Origin: an archaeon | Lineage (GTDB): Archaea; Nanobdellota; Nanobdellia; Woesearchaeales; GW2011-AR15 | Direction of reading: 5' to 3' | DNA: 64,000 bases | NCBI GenBank assembly: GCA_043826135.1 | Contig: JBDRQT010000005.1 | Span: 70,255-134,254, forward strand | Shown: in pieces, positions 16,542 to 25,237 of the stretch | Layout: each line of letters opens with the position of its first letter | Position numbering within the stretch: position 1 is the first letter of the stretch | Translations under genes and position numbers: made by a program | The notes under the pieces: model-generated | What the model saw: the letters and a program-made list of their open reading frames with translations, nothing else | Databases searched by the model: none | What the model was told of the DNA's origin: nothing

Positions 16542-16967
16542 ATGGACTACAAACAACATAGTGATAGGTTATTTAGGCATTTGATTTCAATACCATTCAT
16601 TTGGATGATGATTTTCCCGCTAGTAATAATGGATTTTTTCCTGGAAATATATCATAGGATTTGTTTTCCACTTTATGGGATCGGACTAATTTCAAGATCC
16701 CAATATATCAAGATTGATAGGCATAGATTATCCTATCTAACTCTCTGGGACAAGGTAAACTGCGCATATTGCGGATATGCAAACGGTCTCACCAATTATG
16801 CATATGTGATTGCAGGAGAGACTGAAAAATACTGGTGCGGAATTAAACACGCAAAGCAGGAAGGATTCCATGAGCCTTTGCATCATAAAGGTTTTCTGGA
16901 ATATGGCGATAAAAAAGGGTTTGAGGAAAAATGCGCAGGGCAGGACTCGAACCTGCGAAGGCACTAA
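16542..16967 (+). CDS. Conserved-looking hypothetical membrane protein with CAYCGYANG / YWCGIKH motifs
   Basis: 141-aa ORF with an N-terminal hydrophobic helix and Cys motifs. The last ~36 nt overlap tRNA-Leu(CAA) in antisense. Confidence 0.5.
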   Translation: MDYKQHSDRLFRHLISIPFIWMMIFPLVIMDFFLEIYHRICFPLYGIGLISRSQYIKIDRHRLSYLTLWDKVNCAYCGYANGLTNYAYVIAGETEKYWCGIKHAKQEGFHEPLHHKGFLEYGDKKGFEEKCAGQDSNLRRH

Positions 16968-17063
16968 GCCAGCAGCTGTCTTACATGATTTTGTTCATCG
17001 CCTTTTGGGCTCAACCCTCAAATGACTTGAGGCTGCCACGTTTGACCGCTTCGCTACCTGCGC
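16932..17063 (-). tRNA. tRNA-Leu(CAA) with a ~48-nt intron at or near position 37/38
   Basis: Minus strand reads GCGCAGG-TA-GCGAAGCGGTCAAACGT-G-GCAGC-CTCAAG[TCATTTGAGGGTTGAGCCCAAAAGGCGATGAACAAAATCATGTAAGAC]A-GCTGC-TGGCTTAGTGCCTTC-GCAGG-TTCGAGT-CCTGC-CCTGCGC-A. Confidence 0.8.
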
Positions 17064-17135
17064 GCTATGGTACTAGAAAAAACTACTTCTTTTAAATCTA
17101 TTTGCTATTTTAGGAGATTATAATGTTTTTCTATC

Positions 17136-18131
17136 CTAAGTATTAACATAATTTACTATAAACTTAGAATCATTGAACAGATATTGATAGATCCCTTCTG
17201 CAATTATTGTATTTGTGAACCTATTAAAATGCGGATTGCTGCTGCTGTGATATAGTTCAGAAGGCTTTCTTCCTGTAGTCTTGTTCTGAAGTAGGGATGG
17301 CATGTCTAATGTTTCAAATCCATTTTTCGAGGCGGTTTCAATTATTTTCTCATAGAAAATTTGAGAGTCAAATATGTCCCTCTGGGGAGTAATCGGAATG
17401 ATTAAAAATAATTTTTCAGAGTCTATATCTTTAAATCTATTAATAATCTTTTTGCTGCAGTGCCATCCAACATTATCATCCAGGTATATGTTGTGAAAAT
17501 AGACATAAAGCTTTAGGTTTAGCAGTTCCCGATACAGACCGCGTGAATCCATACTAAAATTATCATTGCTATCCAGAATATTGCTGGAGATTCCTGCAGT
17601 TTTCATTTTGATGAACTTGATTATCTTCAGGTCAGATGAAGCAACAGTCAAATCAAATATCTCATCTGTGCTTAAATTACAATAATAGTATGCTGCAGGA
17701 TTAATTTCAGGATCATTTGGATAATAACTATAGATAATGAGGTCAGGATCATATTTTATCCCTTCAGTCTTAAGTATATAATATATTTCACCTATATTAA
17801 AAGAAGGGTAGCCCAGATTGACTATTTTGACATCAATTTTTCTCCGTGCCTTAATCATTGACTCAAGTATCTCAGAGTAAGTATCAGAGAAATTAATGCC
17901 GTAGCCATAGGTGAATGAATCTCCAATAACCACAATTGTATAATCGTGCTTTTCATAATCAGGCGTCTCCCTATAGTCTAAATTTTCCAATGGTTCTATA
18001 TATTGCCTTTGGACATTGTTCTGCCATTTTATGGTGAAATATTCACTTATCCTAAGGAAAGACTCAAAAACAATCAGGAAGATAATTATTGTTGCAATCA
18101 GAGTTAAAATATTAAGAACTCGCTTCTTCAT
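17136..18131 (-). CDS. SGNH/GDSL-family hydrolase with an N-terminal membrane anchor
   Basis: Block I motif VVIGDSFTYGYG after an N-terminal TM (ILTLIATIIIFLIVF). Length 331 aa. Confidence 0.6.
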   Translation of the reverse strand: MKKRVLNILTLIATIIIFLIVFESFLRISEYFTIKWQNNVQRQYIEPLENLDYRETPDYEKHDYTIVVIGDSFTYGYGINFSDTYSEILESMIKARRKIDVKIVNLGYPSFNIGEIYYILKTEGIKYDPDLIIYSYYPNDPEINPAAYYYCNLSTDEIFDLTVASSDLKIIKFIKMKTAGISSNILDSNDNFSMDSRGLYRELLNLKLYVYFHNIYLDDNVGWHCSKKIINRFKDIDSEKLFLIIPITPQRDIFDSQIFYEKIIETASKNGFETLDMPSLLQNKTTGRKPSELYHSSSNPHFNRFTNTIIAEGIYQYLFNDSKFIVNYVNT

Positions 18132-18637
18132 TTTTTTAGACTTATTTTTCTGATGATTTTCCAGTCTTCAGGGTAACCATTCGTGTCAACAACGCATAAC
18201 TCTTCTACTGTGATTATCTCATTCACACTGATGTTTTTTACAATTTCTTTTTTCATTTCTTCTGTATAGTAACCATATAAGAGGCTAAGATGCCCCATAA
18301 ATTTTTTCCCAGATTCCATATAATAGAACCTGCGGGAGAAATCATTCATCTTTATTAGTTCCTGAGATTCAGCAATAGCATAGATGCACCTAAAATATTC
18401 ATCGAGATAACTAGTCTGTTGCAGACTTATCTGAAATGGTCGGAAAAGCATGGCAAGCTGGATTGCTCTTGTGATTACATCCTCTTTGCTGCGGGTTATA
18501 TCCCCAAGTAATGTTATATGGGGCTCAAAAATTGGCCCATTGTATTTGTTAGCAAGGTTTTTTATAAGCGCCACAAGTCTTTCATATGATCCATTTGTCG
18601 GCATGATCCAGAGGGATATTCCTCTCGCTTTCTCCAT
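18128..18637 (-). CDS. 2H-superfamily cyclic phosphodiesterase-like protein
   Basis: Two HxT/S motifs, EPHITLLGD and MGHLSLLYG. Start moved to the ATG at 18637 (MEKARGISLW) because the ORF-track N-terminal 36 aa are read through tRNA-Gly. Confidence 0.6.
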   Translation of the reverse strand: MEKARGISLWIMPTNGSYERLVALIKNLANKYNGPIFEPHITLLGDITRSKEDVITRAIQLAMLFRPFQISLQQTSYLDEYFRCIYAIAESQELIKMNDFSRRFYYMESGKKFMGHLSLLYGYYTEEMKKEIVKNISVNEIITVEELCVVDTNGYPEDWKIIRKISLKK

Positions 18638-18678
18638 TTTATGTAAAAAGAAGTGGTTTTTTATAATATTATCTGGAA

Positions 18679-18825
18679 TACGGTAGCCGGGAATTGAACC
18701 CGGTCCACAACCTCGCTCCACTCTTTGTAAGTGGGCTTGAGCCACAGACGAAACCCACCTGTTTTGCTCAAGCTTTTCTTAAAAGCTTGTGGGAGGGTCG
18801 TATCATACCGTTAGACCACTACCGT
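18679..18825 (-). tRNA. tRNA-Gly(CCC) with a ~76-nt intron in the anticodon loop
   Basis: Minus strand reads ACGGTAG-TG-GTCT-AACGGTA-TGAT-A-CGACC-CTCCCA[C AAGCTTTTAAGAAAAGCTT...GAGTGGAGCG]A-GGTTG-TGGA-CCGGG-TTCAATT-CCCGG-CTACCGT-A. The A1:T72 acceptor pair is unusual. Confidence 0.7.
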
Positions 18826-19066
18826 GTCCAGATGATAAAAGTATACAATTTTTATAAATCTATTGCAGATGGATGCTTTAATACGAATACACTAGTTTTA
18901 ATTATTCTACTCTATGATAAGGTGTTATGTCAAGAATAGCTTATGTGGCGTCTGCATTTGAGGAAGTTTATCTTTGCCCTAAACAGATATTCAGGCTTTT
19001 TGGAAATATAAAATCCTTACCGCAATTTGTTAGATTTGTAAGAGGAGGACTTGCACTCCTTATTCC

Positions 19067-20395
19067 CTAGTAAAGAGAGCTGGAACTAAGTGCATATTTC
19101 ATCATTCTGAGAGTCGACTTAAGCCCAATCAGATTTATTATTTTAAAAGTCTTGACAGGATTATAAAATTTCCTGTTTAATCTCCTTATATAAACGAGTA
19201 TATCTTTTTCACTTAATTTGGTGTGATAATATCTTCTGTCTTCGAATCCTTTTTTTTCATCCTTCAGGCTTATCTGGGCATCACAGATCATATCCCACAA
19301 GGGAGTTCCCGGATAAGGATGCAGTCTGTTCAGGCAAAGAAAGTCAGCATCCAGTTCTAATGCATATTTTTCTGTTAAGTCCAGGCTATCATGCGTTTCC
19401 CAGGGAAAACCCATAATGAATGATGTCTGGGTTCTTATCCCGAGAGCCTTGCAGTCATAGATAGCCTTCTCAACATCTTTTAGCAAAAACCCTTTTTTTA
19501 TTTGTGCAAGTGATGCATCTAATCCGACCTCTGGTGAAAATGCTATCAACCACACTCCGGCATCCTTGAGTTTAGAGAGTAATCTGTGGTTTATCTTATC
19601 CGCTCTGATTCCATTGGCAAGTGAAATCGAAATGTCAATTTTATTTTTAATAATCAAGTCGCAAATTTGTTCTGCTCTTTCCATATCTTCAGTAAAAGAA
19701 TCATCTGCGACCCATAATTCATTTACACCTAACCTCTTGAGATGTATTATCTCTCGGACAACATTTTCTGGGCTCCTTGCCCTGTATTTATGCCCCAGCG
19801 AATGATGACAAAAGATGCAGCCATGAGGGCACCCTCTTGATGTATTTATTGCACAGACAGGAGATTTTTTTTTAATCGTCATATTGTATTTTTTGTATGG
19901 GACTTTTTCAATTGCAGGAAATGGAAGATCATCAAGATTGGAGTATGGAAGACTTGGTTTTGTGCGAATGATTTTTCCGTTCTCTTTATAGCATATTCCT
20001 TTGACTTCTTTTTTGTCTTTTTTTTCGATGAGATTCGCTATGAGGTCTTCAGCTTCACCGACTATAACATAATCTACATTAGGATCTTTAAGCAATAGTT
20101 CTGGCACCAACCTGGCGTGAGGACCACCTACGGCAACAGTTATTATTCTGCTGATTGTTTTAGCTTGATTGATTGCCTTCATAGTTCTTTCTACATTGGA
20201 GCTATTCATTGAAAAACCGATCAGATCATATAGCTTGTAATCAATATTTTTCCTGCCGCAAACAGTATAATCAATTACATCGGTCTTAATCCCTCTTGAT
20301 TCCAAAACAGCAGCATTATACAGAATTCCCAAAGGTTGAAGCTCATTTAGGTACAAACCTTTTGCAGGAGCCTCATAAACAAGGAGCACACGCAT
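19067..20395 (-). CDS. B12-binding-domain radical SAM protein
   Basis: MRVLLVYEAP... N-terminal B12-binding-like domain and CxxxCxxC cluster motif SRGCPHGCIFCHH. The ATG at 20395 is preferred over the ORF-track start at 20542. Confidence 0.75.
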   Translation of the reverse strand: MRVLLVYEAPAKGLYLNELQPLGILYNAAVLESRGIKTDVIDYTVCGRKNIDYKLYDLIGFSMNSSNVERTMKAINQAKTISRIITVAVGGPHARLVPELLLKDPNVDYVIVGEAEDLIANLIEKKDKKEVKGICYKENGKIIRTKPSLPYSNLDDLPFPAIEKVPYKKYNMTIKKKSPVCAINTSRGCPHGCIFCHHSLGHKYRARSPENVVREIIHLKRLGVNELWVADDSFTEDMERAEQICDLIIKNKIDISISLANGIRADKINHRLLSKLKDAGVWLIAFSPEVGLDASLAQIKKGFLLKDVEKAIYDCKALGIRTQTSFIMGFPWETHDSLDLTEKYALELDADFLCLNRLHPYPGTPLWDMICDAQISLKDEKKGFEDRRYYHTKLSEKDILVYIRRLNRKFYNPVKTFKIINLIGLKSTLRMMKYALSSSSLY

Positions 20396-20585
20396 GACTT
20401 GAAAACCGACGTGAATGTTTAAATAATTATCTGTTCCTATTTCACTCTGTTGTGTGGCATGATTATATTTTTGTCGTCTAAATGAAAAGCCCAGCATTTT
20501 GATGAAATTGTCTAAATGTTCTGGAATCATGCTACGCAGCATCTCCTTAGAAACATTTTTAATCTCGAATAATTTATTTCTAGAT

Positions 20586-21164
20586 ATGGAAACTGACTCA
20601 TTTTTTGATCAAAATACAATGAAAGAGACACCAAAGCCAAAAAAATCCAGGAACAGGTTCAAGATTGTATTAGGGATTATACTGATTCTGATTGTTGCAG
20701 CATTCCTGCTTGTTAAACCAGCAATAATAGGCTACAGCGTCTATGGCGAAGTCAAGAATAGTGGTTTGTCTTCTGCCACTTATTCAATAAGCCTTCAGGA
20801 TGCACTCAAGAATTTGGAAAATACCCAGAATGATCTGACACAGTGCACGCAGAAGAATATTGAAGCAGAAGCAGGACTAAAAGAGGCGGCAGACCAGCTT
20901 TCAACCATGAAATCCGAGCAAGACACAAACCTTAATATTATCCATGACAAGATGAGTCAGATAACAGAAATACAGTCGGGTTTGGAAAATGCAGAGAATA
21001 AACTTAAACTCGTAAAAAACAATTATGACGATCTTGCAAAAAATACAGCAAGAAGCATATGCTGCAAGCAGAAAGTGGATAATGAAAACATAAATTACTT
21101 TGATATAGATGATGACAAGATTATCTGCAAGGAAGATTCTGGAGAGCCACTGAGTTGCTGGTAG
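20586..21164 (+). CDS. Membrane-anchored coiled-coil protein with a Cys-containing C-terminus (hypothetical)
   Basis: ATG at 20586 (METDSFFDQ...), TM segment IVLGIILILIVAAFLLV, then heptad-like Q/E/K/L-rich sequence. C-terminus SICCKQK...IICKEDSGEPLSCW. Confidence 0.5.
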   Translation: METDSFFDQNTMKETPKPKKSRNRFKIVLGIILILIVAAFLLVKPAIIGYSVYGEVKNSGLSSATYSISLQDALKNLENTQNDLTQCTQKNIEAEAGLKEAADQLSTMKSEQDTNLNIIHDKMSQITEIQSGLENAENKLKLVKNNYDDLAKNTARSICCKQKVDNENINYFDIDDDKIICKEDSGEPLSCW

Positions 21165-21803
21165 TCATTTTAATACTTCTCCATTTTTATTTGACCACCA
21201 TAGTAGATCAAGCTCATCGAAATCAATATTCTCTTTATTGCTGTAGTCCTTTAAGATTGATTCATATTCAAGATAGGTCTTTTTGTTCAGGCTCTTTGGA
21301 ACTTCATCTATGAGTCCCTTTTCACTCATACTCTTTAGGATATGCTTGTCCAGTATCGCCAGGCCTCTCACGCCGACATTCCTCAGGAAATGGCTCGCTT
21401 CCTTATATCCAAGGCCTTTTACGCTACTCACAAGATATTCTCTTAGCTCAAATTTATCCTTTTTAGTTATCAGTTGCTTTAGGTTATCTGAGAATTTTTC
21501 TCTTGCTTGCGAGATATATTCTGCTCTTTTGTTTGGGAATCTGTATCCTGCAGATACAAGGCCGGATCTAATGTCATCATAGTTTCCTGTGAACAAAATT
21601 TGCCTGATTTGATCAACTGCTTTCATGCTCATCACTGCTGAAGTGTTTGCTGTAAGCAGGCAGAACGCGAGTTCCTCAAATAGCCTTTGATTGTCAGATC
21701 TGGTAGAGGGCATTAAAATCATTTGATTATTGACATAGTGCCATGAGACAGGTGAACAAAAGAAAATTTCAAATTCAGACAGCCTTTTTTTTATTTTGTT
21801 CAT
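21165..21803 (-). CDS. ogg: N-glycosylase/DNA lyase, archaeal Ogg (Ogg2-type 8-oxoguanine DNA glycosylase)
   Basis: HhH-GPD element VKGLGYKEASHFLRNVGVRGLAILDKHIL with the Lys and Asp in canonical spacing. Length of 212 aa fits archaeal Ogg. Confidence 0.75.
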   Translation of the reverse strand: MNKIKKRLSEFEIFFCSPVSWHYVNNQMILMPSTRSDNQRLFEELAFCLLTANTSAVMSMKAVDQIRQILFTGNYDDIRSGLVSAGYRFPNKRAEYISQAREKFSDNLKQLITKKDKFELREYLVSSVKGLGYKEASHFLRNVGVRGLAILDKHILKSMSEKGLIDEVPKSLNKKTYLEYESILKDYSNKENIDFDELDLLWWSNKNGEVLK

Positions 21804-21814
21804 TTTAAAAAAAG

Positions 21815-21974
21815 CGCGGTCGCGAAGATTTGAACTCCGGACCTATTGCTCTCTTCCTGTTAAGCTCGTCTGTTCCGGGGGACTAAGCGCTAGCGCATGT
21901 CGCCCAATGCGTGTCAACCGAGCGTAACCAGTTGTTAGGAGGCAATCGCTCTATCCAAGCTGAGCTACGACCGC
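21815..21974 (-). tRNA. tRNA-Arg(CCT) with a ~85-nt GC-rich intron in the anticodon loop
   Basis: Minus strand reads GCGGTCG-TA-GCTC-AGCTTGGATA-GAGC-G-ATTGC-CTCCTAA[85 nt]GCAAT-AGGTC-CGGAG-TTCAAAT-CTTCG-CGACCGC-G. The mature length would be 75 nt. Confidence 0.8.
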
Positions 21975-22012
21975 ATGAATACAGAGAAAAAACAGTATTT
22001 TAAAAATGTTGC

Positions 22013-23023
22013 CTAAACTGCATTCTCAATAAGATAGACATGTTTTAATCTGTCAAACTTGTCCCTCAATTTTTCTCCGATAAGATACATCTCATTTGGG
22101 CTAAGCGATGTACTTGAATTATAAATATCATAAGCAGTCCGATAAAAAGTATTTAATTTCGGATAATCATGCCTGTCAATTTTCTTCTCTATCATATCAA
22201 GCAGGAATTCAATCTTATCTGCATCATTTTGGATATAGGATGGAAATTCAATATGAGACTCTTTTATTACTTCTTTTTTTGCAGCAGGTAATCCATCTTC
22301 ATATACAAATGTTGGCCTGATAGAGTTATTATCTCCAGGCGACGGCGGTGCGAGTTCAAAATTAGGATGCGGCATATCAAGCGGATCTTCAGGAATTTCA
22401 GAAATCTGTTTATGTATTTGGAATTGTGGTGCAGGATTCATGCTATGCTGAGGAGTTATTCCGCTGAATTTTGGAACTATAGGAGATTCCATTTGCGGAA
22501 TCTGCGGACCAACTATTGGTTGTTGTTGCTGATTATTTGGAATAGCTGGTGTTGGAGCAGCATTCTGCATTTTTGGTGCCTGAGGAGGAGTAGGAGTTTG
22601 AACAATATTTATTGTTGACGCACTTAGTTGAACTGGAGGTGCTGCCTGACGAACCTGCGTAGTGGGTGGAATCTGTGGAGTCATCGGTCTAACTTGATTA
22701 ACTGGCGGAGGCTGAAAATTTGGATTGAATTGCTGGTTGGTATTAAGTCCGAGCATTGCATTTTGCTGAGGTTTCTCACTTGGCCTGCTCATTGGTGGAG
22801 GAAGCGGCATAGCCTCTTTTGGTTGCTCAGGATCCTTTACCAGGGTGACCATAACATATGGGAACTTATGTTCTATCTTGACAACGCCGTCCTGCTCCAG
22901 GTATTCAGATGATTTCTGGATATCGTCAGATTTCAGAGTTAATTTTTTAGATAGCTCTCCGATTGATGCTGTTTTTCTTTCTCTTAGATATTCCAGAATC
23001 TTATCTACATTGGCCTTGACCAT
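22013..23023 (-). CDS. Winged-HTH protein with a long Pro/Gln-rich linker and a conserved-looking C-terminal domain (hypothetical)
   Basis: N-terminus VDKILEYLRERKTASIGELSKKLTLKSDDIQKSSEYLEQDGVVKIE is wHTH-like. About 170 aa of P/Q/N-rich low complexity follow, then a helical C-terminus. Confidence 0.55.
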   Translation of the reverse strand: MVKANVDKILEYLRERKTASIGELSKKLTLKSDDIQKSSEYLEQDGVVKIEHKFPYVMVTLVKDPEQPKEAMPLPPPMSRPSEKPQQNAMLGLNTNQQFNPNFQPPPVNQVRPMTPQIPPTTQVRQAAPPVQLSASTINIVQTPTPPQAPKMQNAAPTPAIPNNQQQQPIVGPQIPQMESPIVPKFSGITPQHSMNPAPQFQIHKQISEIPEDPLDMPHPNFELAPPSPGDNNSIRPTFVYEDGLPAAKKEVIKESHIEFPSYIQNDADKIEFLLDMIEKKIDRHDYPKLNTFYRTAYDIYNSSTSLSPNEMYLIGEKLRDKFDRLKHVYLIENAV

Positions 23024-23071
23024 ATAAAAAATAAGAATAAGATACTATTTAAATATATCGCAACAAAAACT

Positions 23072-23218
23072 TTATTTTTTTGCTAGTATGCAGTACATTC
23101 CAGTTGAGCATTTTGGGCATTTGCCTTTCATTGCTTTCCTGCCGTTCTTCATAGTGACTTCCTTTGCTTCAGATATCACTCTTTTTGTTTTGCATTTAAC
23201 ACAATATCCTTCTGTCAT
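23072..23218 (-). CDS. Small zinc-ribbon protein (48 aa, DUF5679-like), missed by the ORF track
   Basis: Translated by hand as MTEGYCVKCKTKRVISEAKEVTMKNGRKAMKGKCPKCSTGMYCILAKK. The CxxC...CxxC pattern with internal VTMKNGR matches the DUF5679 pattern from memory. Confidence 0.65.
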   Translation of the reverse strand: MTEGYCVKCKTKRVISEAKEVTMKNGRKAMKGKCPKCSTGMYCILAKK

Positions 23219-23265
23219 TTAAATCAACCTCCATGATGCCAATAAACTTTGGCTGTTTATATACT

Positions 23266-23883
23266 TTACCTATACTTCTTGCCGACTCTTATGTTTTTAG
23301 GAAACAGCAAAATCTCTCTTCTGAATTTATCTATGCTTACCAGCGGCAATTTTAAGTCAGGATCAACTATTTTATAATGCTTAATTGTGAATAGCTTTTT
23401 CTCAATTTTTTCAAGTTCATCCAAGGAATATATCCATTTTAGGTTGGAAATTCTGATAGGGATACTATATGCACGAAGTGTCAGTTCGCCGAAAAAATTA
23501 AAGTAATGCTCATAGTAACACATTATCAGCTCTCTTATTGTCTTATATACAGGATATTTTCCTTTTAGGCCAAGGAATTTGCTTTGGGCAATTGAACCAT
23601 ATAAACCATCTTTTTTGTAGATGCAAAGTTCATGATCTTCATCTCTCACTGATTCCAAATCAACAAGAAAACATTCGTAATTGTGATACTTCAAAACTGC
23701 AATTGCAAACATGGCAGCTTCCAGGCAATCTGCTTTTTTTCCTTTAATCACTTCAAGAGAGGATATCCGTTTGCTTTCATTGTACTTCAAAGTGTCAATG
23801 AATTCCTGCACTTTAAACGGAGTATTTAACTTCCCAATTATTGCAAGTTCTTGTTTAGAAAATCTTTCAAATGATTTGTCCAT
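23266..23883 (-). CDS. Hypothetical protein, possibly with a transglutaminase-like / papain-like fold
   Basis: KADCLEAAMFAIAVLKYHNY ... DEDHELCIYKKDGLYGSI has the spacing of a Cys...His...(Asp/Ser) transglutaminase-like core. This is a weak call. Confidence 0.35.
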   Translation of the reverse strand: MDKSFERFSKQELAIIGKLNTPFKVQEFIDTLKYNESKRISSLEVIKGKKADCLEAAMFAIAVLKYHNYECFLVDLESVRDEDHELCIYKKDGLYGSIAQSKFLGLKGKYPVYKTIRELIMCYYEHYFNFFGELTLRAYSIPIRISNLKWIYSLDELEKIEKKLFTIKHYKIVDPDLKLPLVSIDKFRREILLFPKNIRVGKKYR

Positions 23884-23915
23884 CAGCCTATGGATTTCTG
23901 TTCCCTTTAAAATAT

Positions 23916-24046
23916 TTACTCATATCTTTGTGCAGACTCACTATCGTTCGTAGCATTGAGCTATTCGTTCTACTCATATCTCAAGGCATTCTCACTGTCG
24001 TTCGAGGGCATTAAGGTAATTCGCTTCACTCATACCTTAATGCATC
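23916..24046. repeat. Degenerate tandem repeat (period 54-56 nt, ~2.3 units) reiterating the 3' coding end of the ABC permease gene
   Basis: Minus-strand reads are GAT GCA TTA AGG TAT GAG TGA (the real gene end, DALRYE*), AAT GCC TTG AGA TAT GAG TAG (NALRYE*) and TCT GCA CAA AGA TAT GAG TAA (SAQRYE*). These start at 24046, 23990 and 23936. Confidence 0.75.
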
Positions 24047-25237
24047 CACAGGCCTGAGCTTTGATGCCTGGATAGCCGGAAGAAGTCCTGATATGCCGCC
24101 CATAAATATTGCGAATAGCATGCAGCCTATTATTAATCCGATAGGGAAAATAGGCTGAAGCGATGCGTATCCTGACGCAGCAGCTATTGCACCGCCGGTG
24201 CTTGCGATAAGATAGCCGGTTATAACACCGATGGCTCCGCCGATAAAGCCGAGCATTGAAGACTCAAACACAAATATGAAAAGTATTTCTGAATTTGTCG
24301 CGCCGATCGCTTTCATGATTCCGATCTCTTTTGTCCTTTCAAGGACAGCAGTATACATTGTATTCATAATGTTTACAGCCGCGACAATCAGGGAGATGAA
24401 GGCAATAAGTACCAGTACTCCGTTTATCACATCCAGGACAGTTCCAAATGTTTCCAGCAGATCAGCAAAAGTCTGGACATAGAATGTCTCTTTTCCTTTT
24501 TCTTGTCCTTTATATTTCCTTAATTTCTCTTCAATTTCTGCTGCCAACGCTTTTGGATCCACATCTTTTTGAGCCTGCATCATGACATAGGCATACTTGC
24601 CTTGCTTAGCAGGAAACATTTCCTCAAATGACTTTTTTGTTATGTAAATGTTTGCGTCATCACTAGGGTTTCCAACTTCGCTGTAGAATCCAACAATGTC
24701 AAATTGTCTGTCGTTTAGCAAAACTTTGTCTCCAAGATCAAGGCCTCTTTTAAAAATCTTATCAGCAATTTGATAGTTATACCCAAGGACAACTGCGTTT
24801 GCATCCTCTTGTTTTAAGCCCCTTCCTTTTTTTATCTCTATGGAGCTTGCGCTTTCAATAAATTCGCTCTTTTTCGGGTCGAAACCCATCAGGAAATTGT
24901 ACTTGACCTCGCTTTTGAATTCTATTGATGCTGGAGCCATATATAGGCCTTCTGCTTCTTTTACTCCTTTTCTTCTCCCTACGTAATTAATGTCCTCTTG
25001 CGTAAGGTAAAATGCTGAATCTACACCAGGGGCGTTCATCGAGCTCGCCATTATGAAAAGCTTGTCAGCGCCGGCATCATTGGCAAGCTGATCTACATAA
25101 GCCTGTATGCCAAATCCAAAGCTAGTCAGGGCAAATACAGCTGCGATGCCCATGAGGATGGAAAGTACAGTGAGGAGGCTCCTTGTTTTTCTATGCACAA
25201 GGTTCTGGAGTGAATACATGATCTCTTCAGTTTTCAT
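24026..25237 (-). CDS. ABC transporter permease, FtsX/MacB-like
   Basis: N-terminal TM, large extracytoplasmic domain, and a C-terminal FtsX-type 3-TM bundle (MYTAVLERTKEIGIMKAIGAT). Ends with the conserved RPVDALRYE. Confidence 0.85.
   Translation of the reverse strand: MKTEEIMYSLQNLVHRKTRSLLTVLSILMGIAAVFALTSFGFGIQAYVDQLANDAGADKLFIMASSMNAPGVDSAFYLTQEDINYVGRRKGVKEAEGLYMAPASIEFKSEVKYNFLMGFDPKKSEFIESASSIEIKKGRGLKQEDANAVVLGYNYQIADKIFKRGLDLGDKVLLNDRQFDIVGFYSEVGNPSDDANIYITKKSFEEMFPAKQGKYAYVMMQAQKDVDPKALAAEIEEKLRKYKGQEKGKETFYVQTFADLLETFGTVLDVINGVLVLIAFISLIVAAVNIMNTMYTAVLERTKEIGIMKAIGATNSEILFIFVFESSMLGFIGGAIGVITGYLIASTGGAIAAASGYASLQPIFPIGLIIGCMLFAIFMGGISGLLPAIQASKLRPVDALRYE

Noticed and set aside
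18638-18745. N-terminal 36 codons of the 18128-18745 ORF (MAQAHLQRVERGCGPGSIPG...)
   Set aside because: These codons are the antisense-free read-through of tRNA-Gly(CCC) T-arm and intron sequence. The 2H phosphoesterase fold begins after the internal ATG at 18637.
20396-20542. N-terminal extension of the radical SAM ORF overlapping the divergent 20499 ORF
   Set aside because: The B12-binding domain begins at the MRVLLVY ATG (20395). Likewise the plus-strand neighbour is better started at the ATG at 20586, which removes the apparent overlap.
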